Shown here: positions 19,435 to 28,545 of the stretch, piece after piece
Numbering within the stretch: position 1 is the stretch's first letter
Layout: the number at the start of each line of letters is the position of its first letter
IMG/VR virus record: IMGVR_UViG_3300046713_000096
Span: 1-64,000 of that record
Direction: 5' to 3' (one strand)
Origin: a virus
Length of the DNA stretch: 64,000 bases
Position numbers and translations under genes: made by a program
Notes under the pieces: generated by a model
What the model was told of the DNA's origin: nothing
The model's input: the letters and a program-made list of their open reading frames with translations, nothing else
Databases searched by the model: none

Positions 19435-20327
19435 CGGTAGTTCCAATCGATCGGCAGCTTGAACTCGACCCCGCCCTGTCGATAGCGCGTGCACACTTCC
19501 GGGGTGCACTTGCCTTCGAGCCCCATCTTCGGGCCCAAAAAGTTGCGGTTGATGTTCTCTTGCAGGCCCTCGAAGTCGCGTTTCGAGAGCTCGTCGATCT
19601 CGTTCAGCGTGAGGTACACAGGCTCTTCGTCGTCGTTGATGCCGACGATCGTGCCTTGCAGAACAAACGCCTTGATGTCGGCTTCGTTGTCCGAGCCCTT
19701 GCCCTGATCCATCACGGACCACTTCGGGGCAGCGAGCATGAAGTGCGTCACGAGCTTCTTGCGGATCGTGACCGGATCGGCGAGATCGACCTTGCGCAAG
19801 ATGCTGTCGATCTCGTCGACAGCCATGACCTCGGTCGTGCGCAGGTCGCCCGTGTAGGGGAAGCTCACGCCGCAATGCGCCCTCGGGCACGACACCTGCA
19901 GCTGTAGCCTGTGGCCCATCGTCTTTGTACGCAGCAACGTGTACGCATAGAAGACGTCGGCCATGTACATCGTCGACAGGATCACCGACTTCTCGCCGTC
20001 GGGGATCGCGTCCATGTTGTGCGGGCCAATGCGCGAACACATGTTCGCCACGACGAGCGGCACGTGTTCGATCATGCCGGCGTCAGCTGCGAGCTTCTTG
20101 CCGAGCTCGCGCTCGTCGCGCGTCTTCCACGGCTTGCACACGATGTCTTTGTGCAAGTTGCCATCCTTGTCGAGGATGCCGATCGGCAGCTTGTCGCCGT
20201 ACTCGCCGATCGTGGTTTTGATCCGCGTCGCCATGGCCGCCACCTTGGGTGGCGCCACTTCGGCCGGTGGCGGTGTTGCCTGTGCTGCGCGTCCGACTCT
20301 TCGTTCTGCTGTTGTTTGCTGTGTCAT
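19407..20327 (-). CDS. tail assembly chaperone (gpG equivalent)
   Basis: 306 aa between tube and tape measure; ends at a slippery site. Confidence 0.7.
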   Translation of the reverse strand: MTQQTTAERRVGRAAQATPPPAEVAPPKVAAMATRIKTTIGEYGDKLPIGILDKDGNLHKDIVCKPWKTRDERELGKKLAADAGMIEHVPLVVANMCSRIGPHNMDAIPDGEKSVILSTMYMADVFYAYTLLRTKTMGHRLQLQVSCPRAHCGVSFPYTGDLRTTEVMAVDEIDSILRKVDLADPVTIRKKLVTHFMLAAPKWSVMDQGKGSDNEADIKAFVLQGTIVGINDDEEPVYLTLNEIDELSKRDFEGLQENINRNFLGPKMGLEGKCTPEVCTRYRQGGVEFKLPIDWNYRNFFGGSSQ

Positions 20328-20453
20328 CTGTCACGGGTCCCTTCAATCGGCCGTGTGGGCCTTGATAGGTCAACCAACTTCGTCCGGTGAGGCCGTCGCG
20401 TCGTGAGCGCGAAGAAGCTTCGTAAGGCTTCGGCCCCTGTGCGCCTCGCCGCG

Positions 20454-20891
20454 CTACAGCGGCAAGACGTCGTCAGCCGAGAACGTCCACTCGACTTGAG
20501 CGAGCTCGCCCTCGTTCTTTCGTTCGAGGTCGGGCAGCTTGCGCTTCTTCGGGAACACGCCCGCCAAGCTGAATGTGCGGTTGTTGTTGCCCGACAAGCT
20601 GTGATGCGTGAGCGTCACGGGCTTCTTGTAGCCGGGGCTAACTGGGTCCTGGCTCTCGCGATACCAGATTTCGAGCGCAGCTTGCTCGGCCGTGTGGTGC
20701 ATCGGCACCATCGCCGTAAACTCGGTCGCCTTTCGATTGCCGCCGCTCGCGACTGTGCGGTCGGGCAGCTCTGTCGTTTCGAGCTCGTCTTCGATGCCCG
20801 ACACCTCGGTCGCTGTAAACGGGATCAACCCGATCACTGCGAAGGTGTACTTGTTGACTGGCATGTGGTCGGGTTGAATCTCGCCCTTCAC
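20454..20891 (-). CDS. tail tube protein (T4 gp19-like)
   Basis: 145 aa; FTATEVSGIE, YKKPVTL, FSLAGVFPKK; downstream of the sheath. Confidence 0.8.
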   Translation of the reverse strand: MKGEIQPDHMPVNKYTFAVIGLIPFTATEVSGIEDELETTELPDRTVASGGNRKATEFTAMVPMHHTAEQAALEIWYRESQDPVSPGYKKPVTLTHHSLSGNNNRTFSLAGVFPKKRKLPDLERKNEGELAQVEWTFSADDVLPL

Positions 20892-20939
20892 TGTCGATCC
20901 CTTTCGTTGAAGTCCTGTTTGCGCGCCCGGGCGGGCCCG

Positions 20940-21386
20940 CTACGCCTCGACCGTGACGGGCTTGAGCCGCACGGTTGCCACGAGGTTCGCGGCGCCTGTG
21001 GCGACCGCTGTGACTGACAGGTCGACCTGATCGCCCGCTGCGACCGGCAGATTGATCGCGAGGCCCTTCGAGGTGCCGTCGGCTTCGGCGTTGTCGATGC
21101 TGAGCGTCCCCTTCGACACGCCATTGACGAGCACCGCGACCGTGCTCACGCCAGCCGTGCCAGCCGTGCCAGCCTTGATGTACAGCGTCGCCAGCGTGTT
21201 CGGACTGTCAGCGAGCGTGCTCGCCTTGACGCCCGTGGTCGGGGTCGCTTGGTTGTAGCTCAGTGCCTCGCCCGATGACGCTGCGAGCGCTAGAAGCACC
21301 GCATACAGATTGCTCGGTGCGCCGTTCGATTCGTCGAGGAACGCGCCGCCCTCGCCTAGTGACCGCTTCAAAGTAGCTCTTGACAT
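20940..21386 (-). CDS. small beta-rich virion protein
   Basis: 148 aa Ala/Thr/Gly-rich, between sheath and tube. Confidence 0.5.
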   Translation of the reverse strand: MSRATLKRSLGEGGAFLDESNGAPSNLYAVLLALAASSGEALSYNQATPTTGVKASTLADSPNTLATLYIKAGTAGTAGVSTVAVLVNGVSKGTLSIDNAEADGTSKGLAINLPVAAGDQVDLSVTAVATGAANLVATVRLKPVTVEA

Positions 21387-21452
21387 GATCCGTTTTCCTT
21401 CCCTGCATTGGCGCGCAGAGCGCCTGTATTTGTGCCCGTGTTCGCCCGTTCG

Positions 21453-23771
21453 CTACGCCACTGCTTCGAAGATTCCTTGCTTGCCGATCTTGATGATGAA
21501 CCGCTCGACGGTGTCGGCCAGACGCAAGCTGACCTGCGCGTACTTGTCCGCGTCGCCGCGGGTCGCATCGGTGTTGATCTCTTCGTCGACCTTGATGATC
21601 GCCGCTTCCTTGAAGGTCTTTCCGCGCAGCGCACGCTTGACGAACTCGGGCTGAAAGAATGTGATCAGCGCCGTCTCTGCCTTCTTGTCGCTTTGCTGGT
21701 CGTTGATATCGAAGATGATGAAGTCGAACGACTCTTCGAGCACCTGCTCGTAGTAGCTCATCTGCTCGCGCTGATGCTTGAAGCGCCACGTCGAGTCACG
21801 ATGCACCGTGCGATCGCCCCAAATCACGAAGTTGCCCGACTTCTTTCTGATGACCGCGATGCCAGCCGGATTGAGCAGTTCGTCGTTCAGTCTGCGATCG
21901 AGCGTCGGGATCTTGAGCACTCGGGGCAGCGTCGCGTCGACGCCCGCCTCTGCCTTGTGGTAGCCAGTGAAGTCGACCGCGATGCGTGCTTCGCGCCCGT
22001 GAACCTGACCCGTCAGCGGAATCAGCTTCAGCCGGCCCTCGCGCGCGAATGCGGGGTCGGGGTCGGGCACGTAGCCGTAGGATGGCCACGCGATCACTGC
22101 GTAGTCCGAACGCCCGAGCGTGTCATTCACGAGCTGCAACACTGCTTGCTCGGTCGTGACGTTCGCGCCCGCCTCGTACCGATATTGATGGTTCTTGGCT
22201 TCGACGTACGCGACGCCCGCCTTCTGCACCGCCGTCGATGTCACACCCGGGGTCGCGAACTTCACGAGCCCGAGGCCCTGCCCCTTGATGTCGTTGAATG
22301 GCGACGAGTCGACATCCCACGCCTGATTGACGTAGTCGGCGTCGAGCACGTCTGCGTTGCCGTCTACGCCGCCCGACAACTGCATCGCAACGGACACCAT
22401 GAATTTGTCGTTCGCTGTGCCGCTCACGGTCAGATCCGATCCGGCTGCGACCGTGATCGTCTTGTGGTCGTTCGCGGTGATCCGATACGACTCTAGCTTC
22501 GCGTTGACCTTGTCGGGGTAAAGCGAGCCGCCGATCAAAGCGTCTTTCGTGAACGGCTTGTAATGTACGGTCAGCACGTCGGCCGCAGCCAGCGCACCGC
22601 CGCCAGCGGTCACAGTGAAAGGTGGCACCCATTTATTGGCGGTTGCACCGCCTGCGCCCGTGGTCGTGTTGAAGAGCGTGCCGAGCGTCACGGTACCGAG
22701 TGCGCCGAAACGATCCGACACGGCTGTGCCGACCGTCGCCGACGACATCGTGATCGTGATCGTCTGCGCTTGATGTGCGTCGGTCGTGGTGCCGAGCGCG
22801 AAGGTCGGCGTGCCGAGTGCGCTCGCGATCTGGAAGTCGTGGATCTTCGCGGTCAGAATGGTCGCGAGCACCGAGGCGATCCGCCCGTACACATTCGCGG
22901 GCCGAACGGCTGCGACGTGTGCGCCCGTCCAAAGATCTTCGGCCTTCACGTAGAAGTTTGAAGAGTCGTTGTTGATGATGTTGACCCAGTAGCGCGCATT
23001 GTCCGGATCGGTGTGCAGGTTTCCCCATTTGCGCGCGCTCGCGCCGTCGAGAAGAACCTCGATCGCGAACTCGGAATCGGGCGACTCTTCGCCGTCGCTG
23101 ATGCGAAACGACACTGCCTTGCCCGCGTTTTCGAGCGTGATGTAGAAGCGCAACGACGCACCTGACACCGCCTCGTAATCGCTTTCCATCGTCTGATCGC
23201 TGGCCACCGAGATCAGCCCTGTGGCCGTGCTGCCCACGATCGGATAGCGCGTGTTCGAGACTTCGGGCAGCTCGATGTAGCCACCTTTGAAGTAGTCGGT
23301 CGGGTAGTTGCTGTCGATCACACCGGGCAGCTGCAAGGTCGTCTCGTCGAGGTCGGCGATGTTGTCGAGCGTTGCCACTACCTTCGCGGCCTTGCCACCC
23401 CATCGCCCGCCGTTGTCTGCCTTCAGCGTGCCCATGGGTGTCAGCACATCGGCATTGCGCGCGTACAGCGTGGCGCTCGCCTGCACTTCGTTGCCGTCGG
23501 TCACGCGCACGAGCGCGAGCCCGCCTGCGCCATTGGCAAGGCTGAAGTAATCTTGCGCGGCGTCAGGCAAGAAGCTGTCCGAAATGATGCCGCCCGTGCG
23601 CGCGAACAGATCCGTCTTGGAACTGATCAGCATGAGCTCGCGCACTCGCCCACGTTCCAAGATGCCGGCATAGCCTGCCCATCCCAACGCACCGGGCGAG
23701 ATCGTCTTGTCGCCCTCTTGTTCTTCGATCACCGTGCCAGCGCCACGGGTCGGGCCAAATCTCTTCACCAT
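21453..23771 (-). CDS. contractile tail sheath protein with large insertions
   Basis: 772 aa; LSGGVDG, LNPAGI, IWGDRT, FDIND C-terminal sheath motifs. Confidence 0.92.
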   Translation of the reverse strand: MVKRFGPTRGAGTVIEEQEGDKTISPGALGWAGYAGILERGRVRELMLISSKTDLFARTGGIISDSFLPDAAQDYFSLANGAGGLALVRVTDGNEVQASATLYARNADVLTPMGTLKADNGGRWGGKAAKVVATLDNIADLDETTLQLPGVIDSNYPTDYFKGGYIELPEVSNTRYPIVGSTATGLISVASDQTMESDYEAVSGASLRFYITLENAGKAVSFRISDGEESPDSEFAIEVLLDGASARKWGNLHTDPDNARYWVNIINNDSSNFYVKAEDLWTGAHVAAVRPANVYGRIASVLATILTAKIHDFQIASALGTPTFALGTTTDAHQAQTITITMSSATVGTAVSDRFGALGTVTLGTLFNTTTGAGGATANKWVPPFTVTAGGGALAAADVLTVHYKPFTKDALIGGSLYPDKVNAKLESYRITANDHKTITVAAGSDLTVSGTANDKFMVSVAMQLSGGVDGNADVLDADYVNQAWDVDSSPFNDIKGQGLGLVKFATPGVTSTAVQKAGVAYVEAKNHQYRYEAGANVTTEQAVLQLVNDTLGRSDYAVIAWPSYGYVPDPDPAFAREGRLKLIPLTGQVHGREARIAVDFTGYHKAEAGVDATLPRVLKIPTLDRRLNDELLNPAGIAVIRKKSGNFVIWGDRTVHRDSTWRFKHQREQMSYYEQVLEESFDFIIFDINDQQSDKKAETALITFFQPEFVKRALRGKTFKEAAIIKVDEEINTDATRGDADKYAQVSLRLADTVERFIIKIGKQGIFEAVA

Positions 23772-23782
23772 GTGATCCTCCT

Positions 23783-25003
23783 TTAGGGGACTTCGATTGA
23801 TAGGCCGCCTGTCACTACGAAGCTCGAAACCCCTGTGATCGGCCGGGCATCTTCGGGGTAGAATACAGCGTTGCGGATCCGCGCCTGCACTCTTGCGCTG
23901 TGCATCTCTTTCTGCGACGCACTCGACACGTCGTCAAACACGCCGTCGTCGCAGATGGGATAGAACTCATCTTGTCCGCGCACACGAATCAGCGGATTGT
24001 TGGCGAAGAACCTCGAAGCTTCTTCGCTCATGACGTGCAGGTCGCGCGAGCTGGCGCAAAGCAGCTTCAGCGGCACGTCGAGGTCGGCCTGATAGCCGTT
24101 GTCGAACGCGAAGCCCTGCATCGTGCCCTTGTTCAAAACGTAGGGTCGCTCGCGAATGACCGAGCGGTTTACGACGTCGACCCCATCGACAACGATGGCC
24201 GGGATTCGGGGGATCTCTGTATAGTCTTGCGACTGCATCAGGACCACGTGAGGCCGCCACGCAAACCGGACATCGAGCGTGTTGCCGACCGGTTGTGCCG
24301 GGATCGAAAGTAGCTTCGTGCCCGCGTCATACGAGCACCCCGCGAGCGGGTGCATGTGCATCGGGTCGGCTGCGTTGTTGTAGACCGCGTCGACGTCGAC
24401 GATGTCGTAGGGCGTCTGAAGCTTTCCGAGGTCGATGCTCGTTTGACCGGTCGACTTGACGGCGTAGATCGACACGCCCCGGAAGTTCTCGCGCAGTGCC
24501 TCAATGTACGAACGCACGACGTAGTCTTCGAGCGACACGAGATCGGTGTCGAAAAGCAAGCGCACTTCGCTCACCCATGGCGTGACCGTCGGGTCAGTCG
24601 TCGACAGCATGATCACCACGCTGAGCGCCTGCGTCGGCCAAGCGTCGATGTGATCGGCGATCTCGATCTCGGTGTTCCAATTGTTCGGGGCAGCTGGCAC
24701 CCAGTCATTGGCGCCGCTGTTCCAATACCGATCGATCACGCCGTCATTCAGCCGGAAGCGCACGTCAGTGCCCGGGGGCGTCTTCGAGATCGCCATGAAG
24801 CCGCACCACTTGCGACAGGCCTCGGGCGTCGTCACACGCGTGCGCGCGTGCAGGTCAGGCGCGATCGGATATACCCCGCCCAATGGGCGCGCGAGCTCAA
24901 GTCGATGGCGCTCAGGGTGCAGCGCCACACCCACGAATTGCATGCTGCGTCGCGCGGGTTCTTCGAACAGAAAACTCTTCGGCCATTTGCGATAGCGTGG
25001 CAT
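23783..25003 (-). CDS. putative tail terminator/neck protein
   Basis: 406 aa directly upstream of the sheath; call from synteny only. Confidence 0.45.
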   Translation of the reverse strand: MPRYRKWPKSFLFEEPARRSMQFVGVALHPERHRLELARPLGGVYPIAPDLHARTRVTTPEACRKWCGFMAISKTPPGTDVRFRLNDGVIDRYWNSGANDWVPAAPNNWNTEIEIADHIDAWPTQALSVVIMLSTTDPTVTPWVSEVRLLFDTDLVSLEDYVVRSYIEALRENFRGVSIYAVKSTGQTSIDLGKLQTPYDIVDVDAVYNNAADPMHMHPLAGCSYDAGTKLLSIPAQPVGNTLDVRFAWRPHVVLMQSQDYTEIPRIPAIVVDGVDVVNRSVIRERPYVLNKGTMQGFAFDNGYQADLDVPLKLLCASSRDLHVMSEEASRFFANNPLIRVRGQDEFYPICDDGVFDDVSSASQKEMHSARVQARIRNAVFYPEDARPITGVSSFVVTGGLSIEVP

Positions 25004-25006
25004 GGG

Positions 25007-25645
25007 TCATCCTTCTTCTTCGTCGACGGGGCCCGCGCTCTTCTTCTGTTCTCGGAACGAGGCCGCGATCGCCTTCGACCAGTTGTCGCGCACTAACTTT
25101 TTGAACTGTGGATCTGAGAACGCGATCCGCATAAAGGGCCGCGCAGGAATCACGATAACCTGCGTGTCTTCGCGCAGCGGATACCAGCCACCGGGCTTGC
25201 GCTTCCACAGCTCGGCTGCGCGCCCGGTCAGCTTGCTCGAATCGATCTCGCCGATGCTGGCGCGCCATAGGTTGAAGAACATGCCGCGCATAGCTGGCGT
25301 GACCCTGATGGTTTCGCCCTCGTGAAGCGTCACGACCAAGTGATATTTTTCCGACGTTCGCAGCACGCCGATAAACACCGTGAAGTCGTCTTGCACCTTC
25401 GAAGTGATCGCCTGAAAGGTCAGGCCGCTGTCGACGAGCGGCTTCGAGCTGCCCTTGATCGACTTCGTCAGCGGGGCGTTCGGCTTCAGCTTGCCGCCGC
25501 TCTGAATCACCTTGCGCAAAACGGCCTCGCCGATCTTGCCGTTCAGCGTGGTCGCGACGCGCACGTTCTTTCGCAAGGCGGTCGTGAACCCTTGCGGGTC
25601 GAGAGCCTTCAGCCAGCGTTTGATCCCCTTGCTCTTGAACCCCAC
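25007..25645 (-). CDS. tail completion/virion morphogenesis protein
   Basis: KGSSKPLVDSG, LHEG, IPARPFM motifs. Confidence 0.7.
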   Translation of the reverse strand: MGFKSKGIKRWLKALDPQGFTTALRKNVRVATTLNGKIGEAVLRKVIQSGGKLKPNAPLTKSIKGSSKPLVDSGLTFQAITSKVQDDFTVFIGVLRTSEKYHLVVTLHEGETIRVTPAMRGMFFNLWRASIGEIDSSKLTGRAAELWKRKPGGWYPLREDTQVIVIPARPFMRIAFSDPQFKKLVRDNWSKAIAASFREQKKSAGPVDEEEG

Positions 25646-26068
25646 CTATGCCCCGGGTTTCTGTCGCTCGGGGGCTCGGTCGTTGAAAAACGCTTTCACG
25701 AGCCCGGGCCCGTGCTGATCGGGGTAGTGCCCCTCGTAGCGAAGCTTGGTCACGTACACGTCGAGCTCGGTGCGCGCGACGCCCGAGCCATACGCCACGA
25801 TGCGATCGCCCGTCTTGATCCTCTTGCCGAGCGCGCGCAAGTCCGACATGCGAAAGAGCACATAGCCCGTCGAGTATTCGACTGCGCCGATGTCCTGCGC
25901 GCGCAGCTCTTTGTCGGATAGCCATTTCCACTGACCCGGCACCGTGTAGACGTCGTCGTATTGCACGAGCTGCACGGGTTCGCTGTAGCCAGCATCTTGG
26001 ATCGTCATGTCGCGATTCACCGACTGCACGTCAGTCGGTAGCGGGTGAATGAGTCGGGGTAAGACCAT
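25646..26068 (-). CDS. head closure (stopper) protein
   Basis: 140 aa; IKTGDRI motif; position in the neck module. Confidence 0.6.
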   Translation of the reverse strand: MVLPRLIHPLPTDVQSVNRDMTIQDAGYSEPVQLVQYDDVYTVPGQWKWLSDKELRAQDIGAVEYSTGYVLFRMSDLRALGKRIKTGDRIVAYGSGVARTELDVYVTKLRYEGHYPDQHGPGLVKAFFNDRAPERQKPGA

Positions 26069-26071
26069 GGC

Positions 26072-27178
26072 TCACGTCCAGGTTGGATTTGCAGGTGCAG
26101 CCATTCCGATCGGCGCCTTGTAGAGCTTCACGATCATCTGCACTTCGGGGTCGTTGATCAGGCCCGACAAGCCGGGCGCACGCGCCCTGATGTCGCCGCC
26201 TGCGATGTCGTACTTGATCGAGTGCCCGTCGGTGACTTCTTCGCGCACGAGGCCGGCTGTGATCGGTGGCGGGGTGAGGCCGCCGCCTGCGCCCGACACG
26301 AGGGGACTGGACAGGTCAGCGATCACGAGCTTGAGCGTCGCGCGCTTGATCAGCGCTGGCGTCGAGCCGTCCTGTTCGATGTAGCCGAACACGCCTCTGA
26401 TGAATTGATTTTGACGCCCCTTGAAAAAGCGACTTCGCGACGTGCGGTCTGATGCCGTGTAGATGTCGCGACCGTAGCCGTCGAAGTTGTCGACGAGCTT
26501 GATGCGCGGGTTCTTCCGGTCGTCCGGAAGCTGTCGCCCTGCATAGACTCTGTACCTTGCGGCTGTCAGCGCGTTCGAGTCGGTGTTGATCCGAAGCTCG
26601 CTGACCGAGATGATCGGCACGGGCAGGTGCAGCGTGTCGCTGTCGGTGCCGTCGAGACGAAACTCGCACGCGATCGGCCTGAACCACTGGCGCGTCACGC
26701 GTTCGAGCACTTGTTGCCACAGCATGATTGACGCGAAGATCGTTGCGTCGTCGGGCGGATTTGCGTTCAGGCCCGCGGCTCGCACGTCCGCGACGCTGAT
26801 GTACAGATCGCCCGAGCCGATCGAGACATCCGACAGCACCTCGAACTCTTCCGTGTAGGACTGCTCGGGACTCGTGAGCAGGTACCTCGAAAACCAGCGG
26901 ATCTCATGCGTCCCGATCAGCTCGACGAGCGGCACTTCGTAGTCGGCCACGTAGTGGCCGGTGTCCAAGCGCCCGCCTGTCGGGTATGGGTTCAGGTTGA
27001 CGGTCTGCCGACCGCTCGAAGGATAGACCTGCACGGGCACGCCCGGGGTCGACACCTTCTCGAAGATCTGAAACGACAGTTCAGCCACATTGATCGGTGT
27101 GCCTGCGCTGCTTTTCATGAACACATCGAGCTTCGGATTGTCGCCGTCGCTCACTTCGCCTCGCGTCATTGCTGGCAT
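26072..27178 (-). CDS. head-tail adaptor with N-terminal Ig-like domain
   Basis: Start reassigned to ATG 27178 (TAATG overlap); YISVADVR, LERVTRQWF, TPALIKRATLKL. Confidence 0.7.
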   Translation of the reverse strand: MPAMTRGEVSDGDNPKLDVFMKSSAGTPINVAELSFQIFEKVSTPGVPVQVYPSSGRQTVNLNPYPTGGRLDTGHYVADYEVPLVELIGTHEIRWFSRYLLTSPEQSYTEEFEVLSDVSIGSGDLYISVADVRAAGLNANPPDDATIFASIMLWQQVLERVTRQWFRPIACEFRLDGTDSDTLHLPVPIISVSELRINTDSNALTAARYRVYAGRQLPDDRKNPRIKLVDNFDGYGRDIYTASDRTSRSRFFKGRQNQFIRGVFGYIEQDGSTPALIKRATLKLVIADLSSPLVSGAGGGLTPPPITAGLVREEVTDGHSIKYDIAGGDIRARAPGLSGLINDPEVQMIVKLYKAPIGMAAPANPTWT

Positions 27179-27645
27179 TACCCTATCGCCTCCACGTTGT
27201 CGGTCAGCACGACCGTAATGCTCGCGCTCGACACGAGCTGATCTGTCACCGCGACGAAGTCGCCCGATCTCGTCACGAAAACGACCGGGCCCGGGCCGGT
27301 CGAGATGTCGGGCCCGCCTGACATCGACAGGGGCCCCGCGCCGTCGACGCTCGCAAAGCTGATCGGACCGATGCCTACTGCGTCGTCCGCGCCCTGCAAG
27401 ACGAGAACGAGGTCGCCTTCGTTCGCGGCGTCTTCCACTGCGAGAACGTCGCTGACGACACGCGCGAACCAAGTCATGCGCCCAAACAGATCCGACGCAG
27501 TGACGGCGTCAGTCGACAGCGAGAGCACGTCAACGGTCAGCGCATCGCCGACCGTCGCTACATCACTCGCGCCGGCCCCGAGCACGCGCTGCACGCGCAG
27601 CTCGTCAAGCAGTGTAACGTTCTCGCTGAAATCATAGGCTGCCAC
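27178..27645 (-). CDS. short fibre-like protein with D-x-h-x-h-x-D repeats
   Basis: GTG at 27645 after GAGGTG; DVATVGD/DAVTASD/DVLAVED repeats resembling 9608-10894. Confidence 0.5.
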   Translation of the reverse strand: MAAYDFSENVTLLDELRVQRVLGAGASDVATVGDALTVDVLSLSTDAVTASDLFGRMTWFARVVSDVLAVEDAANEGDLVLVLQGADDAVGIGPISFASVDGAGPLSMSGGPDISTGPGPVVFVTRSGDFVAVTDQLVSSASITVVLTDNVEAIG

Positions 27646-27700
27646 GTCAACACCTCGGGCTGCGCCCGAGCGCACGAAGTGGCGCGACTCGGGCAGACTT

Positions 27701-28045
27701 TCAGAGCTCGAAAACGTTTCGGCACACTGGATCCGAGCACACGCGCTGCGTCGTTGCGCCCGCTCGACCCGACTGAAGCACCTTAGTCTCGCGCCCGCAC
27801 TGCGGACACGGAAAGTGCGGGCGCGGGTCGAACGGTCCGGTGCGCTCGGCCTCTTGTTGCGCGGTGTGGATGAGACGGCATCCATGCCATGAGCATATGC
27901 GCTGCGACTCGTCATGACGTGGCGGCTCGCCATGCTCGCGCGACTCTGCGCCGCAACTTGGACAGGGGAAGACGGGATCGACGGGCACAGCCTCGATTGT
28001 GGCTGCGACCCCGTCTTCGACCTGCGCTCGATCTTTCGCTGCCAT
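27701..28045 (-). CDS. tandem zinc-ribbon protein
   Basis: ATG 28045 coupled to the upstream stop; two copies of FPCPxCG...QR[IV]CSxxxCR. Confidence 0.6.
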   Translation of the reverse strand: MAAKDRAQVEDGVAATIEAVPVDPVFPCPSCGAESREHGEPPRHDESQRICSWHGCRLIHTAQQEAERTGPFDPRPHFPCPQCGRETKVLQSGRAGATTQRVCSDPVCRNVFEL

Positions 28046-28539
28046 CAGGTGATCCGCACGTTGTAGGTCAGCTTGAGCTTGTCCGCCGTCGTCTTGTTGA
28101 CCGACGAGAACACCGCGCGCATGAGCGCAGACCCGCCCGGGCTCGTGTTTTGATTGAGCACCACGACTTCTTTGATGCCCGTCGCCGACTTCGAGCCGAC
28201 GCCCGAGGGGTAGCTCACGACGAGCTGAAATGTGCGGGTGCCAGCCAATAGCGTCTTGAGATCGGCTGTGTTGATCGTGCCGGTCACAGGCGACACCACG
28301 TTCGTTTGACCGCTCGCAGCGGCCACGCCACACGTGCCGATGCGTAGCTGATCCCAGTCGTTCGCGTTCAAGCCGCATGCTTGACGCCACGTCTGGCGCT
28401 TGCCCGTGTTCACGACCAAGTTGTGCGTGCGCACGTGCTTGATCACCTTTGGACCATCGCCGCTGTCGCGAATCACTTCGATGTCCACCCATCCACCGAA
28501 GTCGCGATTATCGAGAACGTCTTGAATGCCCTGCGTCAT
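28045..28539 (-). CDS. virion structural protein (collar/fibre anchor-like)
   Basis: HNLVVNTGK...IGT, IKEVVV, VNKT motifs typical of fibre-attachment domains. Confidence 0.55.
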   Translation of the reverse strand: MTQGIQDVLDNRDFGGWVDIEVIRDSGDGPKVIKHVRTHNLVVNTGKRQTWRQACGLNANDWDQLRIGTCGVAAASGQTNVVSPVTGTINTADLKTLLAGTRTFQLVVSYPSGVGSKSATGIKEVVVLNQNTSPGGSALMRAVFSSVNKTTADKLKLTYNVRIT

Positions 28540-28545
28540 GTCGAC

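Noticed and set aside
10894-23771. Extracellular contractile injection system or tailocin
   Set aside because: Capsid, portal, terminase, integrase and replication genes are all present, so this is a complete phage.
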